Position numbers and translations under genes: made by a program. A stretch of 64,000 bases of DNA. Source: Patescibacteria group bacterium. GTDB lineage: Bacteria > Patescibacteriota > Minisyncoccia > 2-02-FULL-40-12 > GWA2-44-9. Numbering within the stretch: position 1 is the stretch's first letter; each line of letters opens with the position of its first letter. The stretch lies in NCBI GenBank assembly GCA_038064515.1, contig JBBTSY010000005.1:50093-114092 (forward strand), in the 5' to 3' direction. The notes under the pieces are model-generated. The model was not told where the DNA came from. It saw only the letters and a list, made by a program, of their open reading frames with translations, and did not search any database. Positions 19,058 through 29,107 of this stretch are shown here, one piece after another.

Positions 19058-22000
19058 CTACAAGGTTGGCTCTGTTGATATTTCTGGGGTTGGTTCTGAA
19101 CTTATCGAAGGAATTGGAGTGATTTCTGGTGTTACACTAATACTCGGTTCAGGAGTTGATTCCGCAACTGGTTCTAGCGTTGGTTCTACTGAAGGTTCTG
19201 GCGTGACTGATGGCGCTGGAGTTGATTCCTGGGTTGATTCAGGAGTCGGTTCTAGCGAAAACTCAGGTGTTGCCGAAGGTGTTGCAGACGGCGCGATAGC
19301 ATCTATCGCTGTGCCCTCCGTAGCTTCTAGCGAAGGACGGGGCGAGAATACCGTCTTAGCGTCTTTGATTGCCAAAGCAATCCAACTGAATTGGATATCA
19401 AACGGTGCAGGTTTGTTGAGTTTCACCGTAAATCCTTTAACATTCTTGTTGGTTACAATGTATCTGATGTCGCTATCAAACAGCAACTGCTCGTCTGCTT
19501 CGCTGGCTGAAGCGGTATTTAAAGATATGGTCGTATTCACAACCGGCTGGTTCAAGTATTCCCTCTCAAATGAAACACTAGCATACGTCGCGCCTTTGGA
19601 AACCACCAAAAATCCTCCGGTATCATTATTGAAGTACGGCCGGCCAAAGAATTCAACATCGCTGTTGAACAGCACCAGGTTGCCTTCAGAACCGATGCGG
19701 TCCACCGTTAAGCCACCGTTGAACACTGCCGAACCCTCAACGCTCAAACCGGCATTAAGAGCAATGTCTTCCCTCGGATTCCACGAGTTGCTGGCCAGAG
19801 CCATTAACTGCTCACCGGTCAAGGCCATCTGGCTGTTGAGCGCATACACGCTATTGGCTAACACGGCTAGCTGATTATCCATTAGCTCTAAAGCTGGGCT
19901 ATCGATCTCGTCAGCAACGATTTTCAAGGCTCTCAATTCATTCAAGTAAGCCAAGCCGACAATACTCAAATTATTTGCCGAAATCCTAGAGGCGATGATT
20001 TCTTTATTAGCAACTATCAGGTCAGTCACGACCTGCGAAGGGATTTCCTGATCCGGATCCTGCTTCAATAGCGCGGTCAGTATGGACTGCGTATCGCCCA
20101 AATCAGACATAAGGCCGGAATTTTCTATTCTGCCGCTGTAGTAGGTGTTATTGATGAATAACAATATGGTACCGATGTTTTTTTGGTCGTTGTAATTTTC
20201 AAGTGCTTGCCCGATAACCCGGCCAGCTTTCGATGCGCGCATGGCTACACCGGGTCGGGTGGCTGAATTAGTAAGATAGTCCCCCACCTTAATTGGACCA
20301 TTCTCGGTAGACACTTTCACGGGCACACGGCCAGCTAAAGCAATTGGCACATGCCCAGGTGGCAAATGTTCCAAGGCCTCAGCACCATAAGCAAATTTTG
20401 TACCAGTAATCAGGGCCGCTGGGTTGGTTGACACTACACCTAAGGGTAGCGAACCAGGCACGGCTCTATTTACATATTGAGAACTAGCCAAATCTGCCGA
20501 AACAATCTCACCGGCAGTAAGCGTTGAATCGGATGTCGGAAACGCTTCGGCATAGTCAACACATCCCGGATTTGGAGCACTTACACCGGTACATAGAGCC
20601 GATCCGCCAGCATGTGAGTTAATGCTTCCGCGAATACCCAGCCGTCCGGCATTACTCATAGAAGCCAAGGTCAAACTGTTAGAATCCTGAACCCAGAGAA
20701 CACCGTGAGGAAGCTGCCTTGATGATGAAGCTAAAACCGTAATGGTTAGGGCGCTATTGCCAGCTGCAAATTCTGATACATTGGAATTAATATCCAGACC
20801 GGGATTAGAAGCCGAGGCAGTAGTATCAACCTGCAAAATATCATCATCTCCGCCAGCATCCTGAATCGTAAATGCTCTAGCGCTATTGCGGAAAATATTG
20901 AAGTCACCTACAGATGCTGATGCATTAGTGGTAAAGGCAACCTTTCCGTCATCAGTAATAGTAAACACCGTAGTACCGGCGTCTTGGATTATAAAATCTC
21001 CGGTCCCCTTAAGGTTTAAATTAAAGTCCAAACCATTTATTGAAATTGAAGCAAAGCCACTAAGTTCCAAACCGGTCAGTTGGGTCGAGGCAGCCGTAAA
21101 TTTCCAGAAACCGGTAATTGTTTCATTGAAAGCACGTGAAGCAGGGCCATTGGTCCAATCTAACCTGACAAATCCTTCAGAAGCAGTATTAGATATATTA
21201 AAGTGATTTGCTTCGAAGGAAATGCTGGTAATTTTTACTTGGGAACCACCGATTAAACCAAAGTCGAGGCCTGAGAATGATGAACCGCCACCAGTGTCAT
21301 CAGTCAGACAAGAGAATTTACCAGTAGTCGAGTTCCAGTTTAAAGTTTGAGTTTCAGTATTACAGTTGGAGCCAATGCTAGAGAAGGCAGAGCCAAACAA
21401 GGCTGAGACTGAGGCGTTACCGACTACTTCAAAGTTAGCGCTAGAAGAAGCTCCCAGGGTGAATGTCTGGAGTTGGGTCCAGGTATTGGCTAGAGATCTT
21501 GAGGCCGGGGCACCAGCATTAGACCAATCTAGGTCAATGACTGATTCGGAAGCAGTGTTGGAAAGAAGGAAGATATTAGATTCAAAGGAAAGCGACCCAA
21601 TATGGCTGAATGTCCCTCCAGTCTCACGGACTGAGATGCCTTTAGGACTGGAGCTGCCGCCACTGTTTTGATCAGCTTCACAATTGAACTTACGGTTAGT
21701 TAGATCATAGGTGACTTTGTTAGCGGTGCCATCACAATCAGAGAAGGTGCCGCCATCAGTGTCTTGGAGATAGAATTGAGAGATAGAGGCATAACCGACG
21801 ACTTCAAAGTTAGATGATGTTGAAGCATTGGTGAAAGTAGCCAGGCCGGTCACACCGAGGGTGGAAGAGAGCGTTGTAGCCCCAGTTACGCCAATAGTAG
21901 AGCCAAATGTCGTCGCTCCGGAGATAGAAGCTGTACCCCCCACTTCTAAGTTGGTGTTAGTCGTACCGCCAGCATTGATACCTAAGCGGGTGTTGCCAGT

Positions 22001-25000
22001 TAATTCAAAGTTAGTAGAGACGGAAACACCGCCATTGAAGGTAGCTAAGCCAGTATTGGTGAAGGTCAGAGCAGCAGTAACGGGACCATTTAAGGCAATG
22101 GCGCCTGTGCCAGTGGTAAAGGTGGAAGCACCAGCTTGGGTAAAGTTACCAGATATGGAGGCAGCACCGCCCACTTCCAGGGAGGTGTCAGTGCTGCCAC
22201 CGGGATTGATGCCTAAACGGAAGTTACCGGTTAATTCAAGGTTTGCCCCGACTGACGCTCCTGCAGAGAATGTTTGTAGTCCAGTGAAGGTGTTGGCTCC
22301 TAAGATGGCTAAGGTACCCGCGGTGGGTAGCGTCACCGATGTGACGCCGCTCACCGTTAATGTGGTAGCAAAGTTGCCCGATATGGTTAGGGTAGAAGCA
22401 GCATTGTTGGCTACACCCGTGCCACCGAAAGCAGGAGTAATAACGCTGCCGTTCCAGGTGCCGGTCGTAATAACACCGGTATTAGGAGTGATAACGAGGC
22501 CATTGTAGCCTGTAGCACCTGTGACAGCGCCACTCAAGGTAACAGCGCCAGAAATGGAAGCCGTACCTCCGATTTCAAGAGTCTGGTTGGTATTAATTAC
22601 GTTGATGCCTAACCTGGTATTGCCAGTTAATTCAAAGTTGGTGGAGACGGAAACACCGCCGGAGAAGGTAGCGAGGCCGTTTGCGGTGAGTCCTGATGTA
22701 GCAGTAATGAGTCCCGAGATCGTCGGTGTTGCCGTCCAAGATGTGGGCGAAATAGTAAGTCCGGAACCTGCAATGGTCGTTCCCGTTGACGCATTACCGA
22801 AGGTAATTGCGCTGTCTCCGGAATAAACTGTCGCTTTCACCGTGCCACCAGCCGCCTCAAACGTGCCTGAAACAGATGCTCTGCCAGTAAGGGAGATGAG
22901 GCCATTGGTCGCATCGAAGGTAATTCTGTTGGCCTGGCCAGAATCCCTGATGTCATTGCCGGATACCTCGATATCGTCGTTGAAGTCGACGAAACCGGTG
23001 GCCAGGTTGAGGCGAGAGGCGCCTGTGGAGTCCTGGATATCATTGCCATTGATGCGAATGTCATCGGAGATAGAGGCTAGGCCTACTACTTCTAAGGCTA
23101 CGGAGAGATTTGATGTGTTCACGCCGATACCGGTGGTGTTGACGAAGAAGTCAGAGGTACCTACTTCGAAGTTCGAAGAGACAGAAGCATTAGCAAGGGT
23201 GGTTTGGCCCGTAACATCGAGGGTAGATGAGAGGGTTGTAGCCCCAGAAACGCCAAGTGTAGAGCCAAATGTCGCCACTCCTGAGATACTCGCAGTGCCG
23301 CCGACTTCTAACCGAGCACTCGTGATTGGGCCCGCATTGATGCCCAAGTTGCCGGTAGTGATCTCAAAGCCGGTGGAAGAAGAAGCACCGCCGGAGAAGG
23401 TGGCAAGACCGGTGGTAGTGAGCGTAGAAGCAAAGGTTGCGTCATCTTGCACATCCAAGGTGCCGGCTGAGTTCAGGGTGAGGTTTCCGCTCGTGGTGCC
23501 GATGGTGGTGGTGTCCAGCGTGATGTTGTCAAAGGTGAATAGGCCGGCATCCGTGATGGTGAGGTAAGTCGTGCCGCCACGCTTCACAATGAAGTCTCCG
23601 GTGGAGTCCAGATCAACCAATAGGCCAGTCGCACCGCCGGAAAGCGATGCCCCAGAGCGGAATTCCCAAAGGGAGGTGATGGTTTCTGCCGCATTGACAT
23701 GCGCAACATTCACCGAAAGCGCCGCATCGTTCACGCTTCCTCCAGAACCTACGGTTAAAGTATCCGAAACCTCGTCATCAGCCCACGGGTTGGCGATGTT
23801 TACCCAGTTGCCCGCAATAGTTTCAGCTTCGGAGAGCGATGCGGGTCCTGCGGCTCCCCAATCTAATCGGACCAGTGCTTCTGTTCCCGAAAAGGAAACG
23901 GCAAATGAACCGCCTTCAAAGGATACGGAAGAAACATTCGTGCCGCTTCCGCTGAATCCCTCGCGTACCTCAATTAAGGCCCCGCCCCCTCCTCCTGCGT
24001 CGTCATCCGTACATGAGAAAAGCCCAGTTTCTCCGCTCCAATTCAATGCTTTGTTGCCGGCACCTGCATCGCAGTCAGTGAGGCCTGCACCGAATAATGC
24101 GGAGACAGATGCTGTGCCAATCTCAAGGGCATTGGCAAACTGGCCAGATGCCGCAGTGAATCTCCAGAGACCGGTAATCTGCTCATTAGCTGCCCGTGAC
24201 GCGGGACCGTTGGTCCAGTCAAGGCGCACAATCGATTCAGTTGAACCTGAAGCAGCCAGCGTAAACATATTACCTTCAAAATTGAGCGTTGTTGCTGCGG
24301 CGAGATTCTGGGTGCCTCCTTCTTCGGTTTTAACGCCTGATCCTCCGCCGCCCCCATCTGCCAGACATGAGAACCGTCCCGTTGACGAGCTCCAATTCAG
24401 AGTTTGGGATTCATCACTGCAATTGGTAAGCCCCGCGCCGAAGAGAGAAGAAGCAGAGGCATAGCCGACCACTTCAAAGTTCAACGATGCAGTAGCGTTG
24501 TTTGATATGAGGATACGACCAGAATCAACGGCCAAGGTGCCGAATTTGCCCGTAGTGGCTTCAAAGAATGATCCGGAGGCGTTCACCAGCGAGAGGTTAT
24601 CCGCAAGCGTCAAGGTTGGGTTTCCGCTCACCCCATTGCCGTTGGAAACATCAATTTTGTTCGTCGTGCCGGTGATTGTCCGGGCGGCGAATGAATTAGA
24701 TCCTGTAACCGTGAGGAGGCCATTCGATCCGCCAGTTCCCGCAAGTGCGGTTAAGGTAGCATCTAATGGCTGAAGTCCGGATACATTAAGCGTATTCGTA
24801 GACCATGAGAGGTTCGTGCCTGCAGTAATTCTCGTTGAAGGCGTATCTCTGAATAATTCCCACGCTGTCTGCGACGCGGTCAGTGGCATAGTAAACCCCG
24901 TATCAGCACCGAATGTATTGCCTGACCATGCAAAACCAGTTCCTGCTGTGATGCGCGTACTTGGAATATCGCGGAATGTTTCCCAGTTGCTTGTTGATGC

Positions 25001-28000
25001 GGTGAGAGGAATGTTAAATCCAGCCATAAGCGTGATGGCATCTCCGGAAAGCGCTAGGCCGGTAGCCGTTACGCTAAGATTCGTCATGCCAGAAATATTC
25101 ACTGAAGCGCATGTAAGGGTATCCCCAATCGTTGTGACGAACTGGTTAGTGCATCCGGTTGGATAGTTCTGCAATCCGGTCCAATTAATAGTGATGGCAT
25201 CAGCAATGGATGCATCGGTGAGAGGCGTACCAAGAGTCAATATTGAGATTGACGCAGTCCCGATTTCAAGCGTATTCGTAAATTGGTTCGATGCGGCAGT
25301 GAATCGCCATGCTCCTGCAATAGTTTGATCAGCCGACCGTGAAGCAGGTCCACCTGAACCCCAATCAAGATTGATTCGCGCTTCGATGGATCCCGAAGCA
25401 GCGAGTGTGAATTTTCCGCCGTCAAAATTTAATATCGTTGTCGTGGAAAGTATCTGCGCACCGCTTTCCTCAGTCTTAAACTCCGCTCCGCCCGCTCCGC
25501 CCGCATCAGCTCCGCATGAGAATCTTCCCGTGGTCGAATTCCATAGAAGATTCTGCGATTCGGCACTGCAATCAGTTGCGGGAAACGCGGAACCAAAGAG
25601 CGCCGACACTGATGCATTATTACGGAACTCCCATGCTCCCGTCACCGTTTCATTGAGCGAGAGTGACGCGCCACCGCCACTGATGGTCGTCCATGTAAGA
25701 ACACCGTTTCCGTCAGTCGACAAAGCTTGATTTGCCGTGCCATCGGCTCCTGGCCATGTATAGCTTACGTTTCCAAGCTTCAGCGCCGCGGGCAACTCCA
25801 GCACGCCGGACGTCGCGGTGATTGCATTTCCATCAATTCGAACGTTATCGACAGTAAGTACCGAACTGCTTAGCCCTACTTGATGGTTATTGCCGGTATA
25901 CTGCAATGGAAACGGAACCCTCTGCTGTAACGACAAGAGCGATCCTTTGATCGCATCGAGTTCTTCTCGGACGCTGTTGGACACAGGAGGAGCGTTTACC
26001 GTAATTGCACTTCCTACATAGCGCCTTATGAGAGTATTTAATTCATTGATCTGACGCTGGGAGAATGTTGCGGATGCCGATGGCGTCGGAGTGCCCGCCG
26101 GAGAAGGAGTGGGTGTCGGCCGACGCCGCCCGAGAGGGAACAGCCGCGGGAGTGCCGCAGTGGTCTGGTTGGATGCTCGCAGGATCGAAGGAGACTTTAT
26201 TGAAGCGATTGGTGCTGGAGCTTTTGATTTTCGAAAAGATGCGAAAAGTGTCGAAAGCGAAGCTTGCTGGGACCAAAAGGTCCGATGGGAAGCATACGTT
26301 TGGTCTGCCAGCGTACCGACCTTTCCTTGGACGATATTCCTGAATGATAGTGCTAAGCGGCCAAAGCCCAACGAGAATTGCTGGGTCTGGGATGGAAGAA
26401 CGGGCCGCGCCAAGGGAGCTGTCTTAAAATGCGTAATGCCTTCGTTCAAAGATCTCCATCCCTCTTCTGCTACTGATTCAAATCCTTGAACCTGCGGACC
26501 CGCAAGAGTTCTTTTGCCAAATGAGTGCGGATCCTTGATGGCGATGCGGGTTTTAGTGGTTCCTCGGTTTGTCCATGCGGTATGAATCTGCCATGCGGTT
26601 CCCCCTAATCCCCGATCAACGGCTTTGACCAGAATGGCCATGCCGCGGTCGATGGGGTTGAGGAAGTAGCCGTTGAATGCTTCAAGCTGTGCGAGAAGCG
26701 AGCCCCGCTCCTTAACCGGCAAAGGCAGAGTCATATCTGGCGTTTTTACTACATACGAGAGAATTCCCAGCTGTTCAGATGCACGGAGAATAGGGGGAGG
26801 AATTGCTGCTGGCCGTGCCGGAGTTCGACGAGGTATAGCAGCGATACCAGCGGTTTTCGATTGCTGTTGGAGAAAAATTTTATGGGCCACATACGTATTA
26901 TCAGCAATAGAACCGATGCGATGAACCAATATATCAGTCGCCCATCCAAGCAGATTTTCAACGGGATTATCTACATTGAGAGAGAATGAGACCTGGCTCG
27001 GCTCTCGGCGCGGCATCTGAGGTCCAGACATGAATGCAATCTGGTTTTTTGCGATACCCTTTCGCATGCCGCCTTCAATATCTTTAACGGCGGTATGTGC
27101 AAAAGATTCAAAATCTCCAACACGAGGATACGCCAATTTTTCCTTTCCAAACATCTGCGGATCTTTGATAGCGATTGGGCGAGGATCGCGGTTTGGTATC
27201 CACGACAATACTTGAGGAATATAATTCGATCCCGTAGCAAGCTCTTGATCGACGGTGCGGACAAGAGCGCTCATCGCACGGTCGATGGGGTTGAGGAAGT
27301 AGCCGTTGAATCCTTCAAGCTGTGCGAGAAGCGGTTTCCATGTATATGCTTGAACCGTTGCACCTTTCGTCAGCGGCAAAGGAATCGGAATGTCCGCTTC
27401 TTGCACGAATGCCATCAGAGGTTCTGCAAATGCTTGTCTCGATCGCTCGAGATCATTTGAAAAATCAGAATGCTTTGCCGGAAGTAATTCAGGAACATGA
27501 GCATTCTGTTTGCTCACCTCGTGAGCGCTGGCACTCCAGAAAATGAAAAGGGCAAGGAGGATAAGCCCCAAACCACGTGGTGATGGTCTCAGGTTTATCC
27601 TACTTGCCCGAATTCGTTCGGCTATGTGGAAAAGAGCTAGTGAAGGAACTGTTATGGGCTTTCGAAGAAGGCCGTTCTCCGGAACCTCTTTAGAGATCTG
27701 GACACTTTCAAACGCGCGTACTCGTCGTTGGATCTCTGTCACTTTTTTATACGCTTCCAACGAACCGCGCGATACGAACCATCGCTTGTCTTCCCGTATG
27801 CTCCTCACCCGTCCTTGGCGCGCTAACCGTCCGATGTGATCAGCATCGTATCCGAACTCCTGCGCCAAGACTGAGGTAGCAGCATAGGTTTCTCCTCCAA
27901 CTTCTCGCACCGACGATTCACTCGTGGGACTCTTCTCGTCTTGGGCGAGCTGGGCGGAAGCGGCGGTTTGCTTTTTGATTGTATCTGATCCCTGCAAGGT

Positions 28001-28003
28001 CAC
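19058..28003 (-). CDS. Giant (2981 aa) single-pass membrane-anchored surface protein with multiple internal repeat families
   Basis: An uninterrupted 8.9-kb ORF. There is a TM helix at about aa 144-160 (GLGLILLALFIFWSAS). Two tandem ~200-aa repeats follow, each with LAQLE(G/A)FNGYFLNPIDR. Next come at least five ~100-aa modules carrying a conserved Cys pair and an LDW(T/S)NGPASR motif, then numerous T/G/S-rich ...TGLATFSGGVSVSTNFELTGNTRLGIN... repeats. The C-terminus is a PT/E-rich linker. Confidence 0.8.
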   Translation of the reverse strand: MTLQGSDTIKKQTAASAQLAQDEKSPTSESSVREVGGETYAATSVLAQEFGYDADHIGRLARQGRVRSIREDKRWFVSRGSLEAYKKVTEIQRRVRAFESVQISKEVPENGLLRKPITVPSLALFHIAERIRASRINLRPSPRGLGLILLALFIFWSASAHEVSKQNAHVPELLPAKHSDFSNDLERSRQAFAEPLMAFVQEADIPIPLPLTKGATVQAYTWKPLLAQLEGFNGYFLNPIDRAMSALVRTVDQELATGSNYIPQVLSWIPNRDPRPIAIKDPQMFGKEKLAYPRVGDFESFAHTAVKDIEGGMRKGIAKNQIAFMSGPQMPRREPSQVSFSLNVDNPVENLLGWATDILVHRIGSIADNTYVAHKIFLQQQSKTAGIAAIPRRTPARPAAIPPPILRASEQLGILSYVVKTPDMTLPLPVKERGSLLAQLEAFNGYFLNPIDRGMAILVKAVDRGLGGTAWQIHTAWTNRGTTKTRIAIKDPHSFGKRTLAGPQVQGFESVAEEGWRSLNEGITHFKTAPLARPVLPSQTQQFSLGFGRLALSFRNIVQGKVGTLADQTYASHRTFWSQQASLSTLFASFRKSKAPAPIASIKSPSILRASNQTTAALPRLFPLGRRRPTPTPSPAGTPTPSASATFSQRQINELNTLIRRYVGSAITVNAPPVSNSVREELDAIKGSLLSLQQRVPFPLQYTGNNHQVGLSSSVLTVDNVRIDGNAITATSGVLELPAALKLGNVSYTWPGADGTANQALSTDGNGVLTWTTISGGGASLSLNETVTGAWEFRNNASVSALFGSAFPATDCSAESQNLLWNSTTGRFSCGADAGGAGGAEFKTEESGAQILSTTTILNFDGGKFTLAASGSIEARINLDWGSGGPASRSADQTIAGAWRFTAASNQFTNTLEIGTASISILTLGTPLTDASIADAITINWTGLQNYPTGCTNQFVTTIGDTLTCASVNISGMTNLSVTATGLALSGDAITLMAGFNIPLTASTSNWETFRDIPSTRITAGTGFAWSGNTFGADTGFTMPLTASQTAWELFRDTPSTRITAGTNLSWSTNTLNVSGLQPLDATLTALAGTGGSNGLLTVTGSNSFAARTITGTTNKIDVSNGNGVSGNPTLTLADNLSLVNASGSFFEATTGKFGTLAVDSGRILISNNATASLNFEVVGYASASSLFGAGLTNCSDESQTLNWSSSTGRFSCLADGGGGGSGVKTEEGGTQNLAAATTLNFEGNMFTLAASGSTESIVRLDWTNGPASRAANEQITGLWRFTAASGQFANALEIGTASVSALFGAGLTDCDAGAGNKALNWSGETGLFSCTDDDAGGGGGALIEVREGFSGSGTNVSSVSFEGGSFAVSFSGTEALVRLDWGAAGPASLSEAETIAGNWVNIANPWADDEVSDTLTVGSGGSVNDAALSVNVAHVNAAETITSLWEFRSGASLSGGATGLLVDLDSTGDFIVKRGGTTYLTITDAGLFTFDNITLDTTTIGTTSGNLTLNSAGTLDVQDDATFASTLTTTGLATFSGGASSSTGFEITTGNLGINAGPITSARLEVGGTASISGVATFGSTLGVSGATTLSSTLDVTGQTTLANASVSSNFEVGTSDFFVNTTGIGVNTSNLSVALEVVGLASISDDIRINGNDIQDSTGASRLNLATGFVDFNDDIEVSGNDIRDSGQANRITFDATNGLISLTGRASVSGTFEAAGGTVKATVYSGDSAITFGNASTGTTIAGSGLTISPTSWTATPTISGLITATSGLTANGLATFSGGVSVSTNFELTGNTRLGINVINTNQTLEIGGTASISGAVTLSGAVTGATGYNGLVITPNTGVITTGTWNGSVITPAFGGTGVANNAASTLTISGNFATTLTVSGVTSVTLPTAGTLAILGANTFTGLQTFSAGASVGANLELTGNFRLGINPGGSTDTSLEVGGAASISGNFTQAGASTFTTGTGAIALNGPVTAALTFTNTGLATFNGGVSVSTNFELTGNTRLGINAGGTTNTNLEVGGTASISGATTFGSTIGVTGATTLSSTLGVTGLATFTNASTSSNFEVVGYASISQFYLQDTDGGTFSDCDGTANKVTYDLTNRKFNCEADQNSGGSSSPKGISVRETGGTFSHIGSLSFESNIFLLSNTASESVIDLDWSNAGAPASRSLANTWTQLQTFTLGASSSANFEVVGNASVSALFGSAFSSIGSNCNTETQTLNWNSTTGKFSCLTDDTGGGSSFSGLDFGLIGGSQVKITSISFEANHFNISNTASEGFVRLDWTNGPASRAFNETITGFWKFTAASTQLTGLELSGFASISINGLDFNLNLKGTGDFIIQDAGTTVFTITDDGKVAFTTNASASVGDFNIFRNSARAFTIQDAGGDDDILQVDTTASASNPGLDINSNVSEFAAGNSALTITVLASSSRQLPHGVLWVQDSNSLTLASMSNAGRLGIRGSINSHAGGSALCTGVSAPNPGCVDYAEAFPTSDSTLTAGEIVSADLASSQYVNRAVPGSLPLGVVSTNPAALITGTKFAYGAEALEHLPPGHVPIALAGRVPVKVSTENGPIKVGDYLTNSATRPGVAMRASKAGRVIGQALENYNDQKNIGTILLFINNTYYSGRIENSGLMSDLGDTQSILTALLKQDPDQEIPSQVVTDLIVANKEIIASRISANNLSIVGLAYLNELRALKIVADEIDSPALELMDNQLAVLANSVYALNSQMALTGEQLMALASNSWNPREDIALNAGLSVEGSAVFNGGLTVDRIGSEGNLVLFNSDVEFFGRPYFNNDTGGFLVVSKGATYASVSFEREYLNQPVVNTTISLNTASASEADEQLLFDSDIRYIVTNKNVKGFTVKLNKPAPFDIQFSWIALAIKDAKTVFSPRPSLEATEGTAIDAIAPSATPSATPEFSLEPTPESTQESTPAPSVTPEPSVEPTLEPVAESTPEPSISVTPEITPIPSISSEPTPEISTEPTL
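26649..26699. repeat. Intragenic near-identical direct repeat, copy 1 (partner at 27277..27333)
   Basis: cgatggggttgaggaagtagccgttgaat(g/c)cttcaagctgtgcgagaagcg occurs twice, ~630 bp apart, inside the giant gene. This matches the tandem protein-domain duplication. Confidence 0.8.
27277..27333. repeat. Intragenic near-identical direct repeat, copy 2
   Basis: The same ~55-bp sequence as at 26649, with 1-2 mismatches. Confidence 0.8.
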
Positions 28004-28297
28004 CGTGATGACCCTTCAAAAGCTTTCCTAATAGCCGACAACCGACATATCCAATGTTTTCAAAGAATGTCGGACCGAACAAGTACATTATCCCCCATAT
28101 TCGAGAGAGCGTCAAAGAACAGCTGTTGATAATTAAAGAATCTTCTTCTTTAAAAAAGAGTGAGGCGTGTCTTTAAGAAAAAAGGAGGACTCGAAGTCCG
28201 ACATTCTTAGCAATGACGCCATTTGTTGCCGGTCGGCTAAGATTGTAAAAGGTTACTATTTTTTTGAAGAAACCTTACAAAAGCTAAATAGTTTCCC

Positions 28298-29107
28298 CTA
28301 TTCGAGCCCAAAGAGCGTTTGAGCCGTTTTTGAGGTCACGGCGATGACATCTTCATCGGAAATGTTGCGCAGGACTCCTATTTGTTTAATCACCTCAACA
28401 ATATATGCAGGCTCATTGCGCTTGCCACGGTGTGGTTCAGGCGCGAGATATGGCGAATCGGTTTCTATTAGAATTTTTTCTAACGGAATCTTCTGAACTG
28501 TCGCATCGTACTGCCGAGTAAAGGTAATAATGCCATTGAGACCAATGCAAAAACCAAGCTCAATGTACTTTTTTGCATCGTCGTATGTTCCCGTAAAACT
28601 ATGGATGACACCGCCAAGCAATTGATGCGCACGAGATTTCAGAATCTCCTGCATATCCCGGTGCGCGCTCGCTTCGCTTGCGCTTTGACCAGCCTTGAGT
28701 CTAGGCGGACGAAGTGGGTCGCGGCAATGGATAATCACTGGTTTCTGTGTTTGCTCTGCGAGCTCAAGTTGTTGTAAAAATCGCTCACGTTGAAATTTTT
28801 TCTTCTCCTCATCAACCGTACGATAGTAATCCAACCCAATTTCTCCGATCGCGATCACTTTTGGATGTTGCGCGAGTGATTTATACTGTGACTGATCATA
28901 CACTTCTCCCAAATTGTCATTAGGGTGAAGCCCAATGGATGCCCATATGTCATTATGCAGCTCCGCGAGTGCAATTGCTTTTTGAGACATTTTAAAATCA
29001 GTCCCAACACAAATCATGCTCACGTTATTTTCGCGAGCACGTTTGATGATTTCGTTTCGATCGACATCATACTGTCGATCCTGGATATGGCAATGGGTGT
29101 CGATCAT
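28298..29107 (-). CDS. tatD: TatD-family metal-dependent DNase/hydrolase
   Basis: MIDTHCHIQ, the Asp/His metal ligands and IGEIGLDY match the family. It carries a short GC-rich insertion relative to the usual family length. Confidence 0.8.
   Translation of the reverse strand: MIDTHCHIQDRQYDVDRNEIIKRARENNVSMICVGTDFKMSQKAIALAELHNDIWASIGLHPNDNLGEVYDQSQYKSLAQHPKVIAIGEIGLDYYRTVDEEKKKFQRERFLQQLELAEQTQKPVIIHCRDPLRPPRLKAGQSASEASAHRDMQEILKSRAHQLLGGVIHSFTGTYDDAKKYIELGFCIGLNGIITFTRQYDATVQKIPLEKILIETDSPYLAPEPHRGKRNEPAYIVEVIKQIGVLRNISDEDVIAVTSKTAQTLFGLE

Noticed and set aside
18960-24464. Several long plus-strand ORFs inside the giant gene (18960..19874, 20886..21206, 21828..22508, 22521..22826, 22842..23567, 23571..24464)
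   Set aside because: They are antisense to an uninterrupted 8.9-kb ORF. They translate to low-complexity Pro/Val/Ala/Ser strings and exist only because the sense strand is Thr/Gly/Ala/Ser-codon-rich. None has a start context.
28004-28297. Possible small RNA or regulatory element upstream of the giant gene
   Set aside because: Only AT-rich spacer with weak inverted repeats. Nothing distinctive enough to call.
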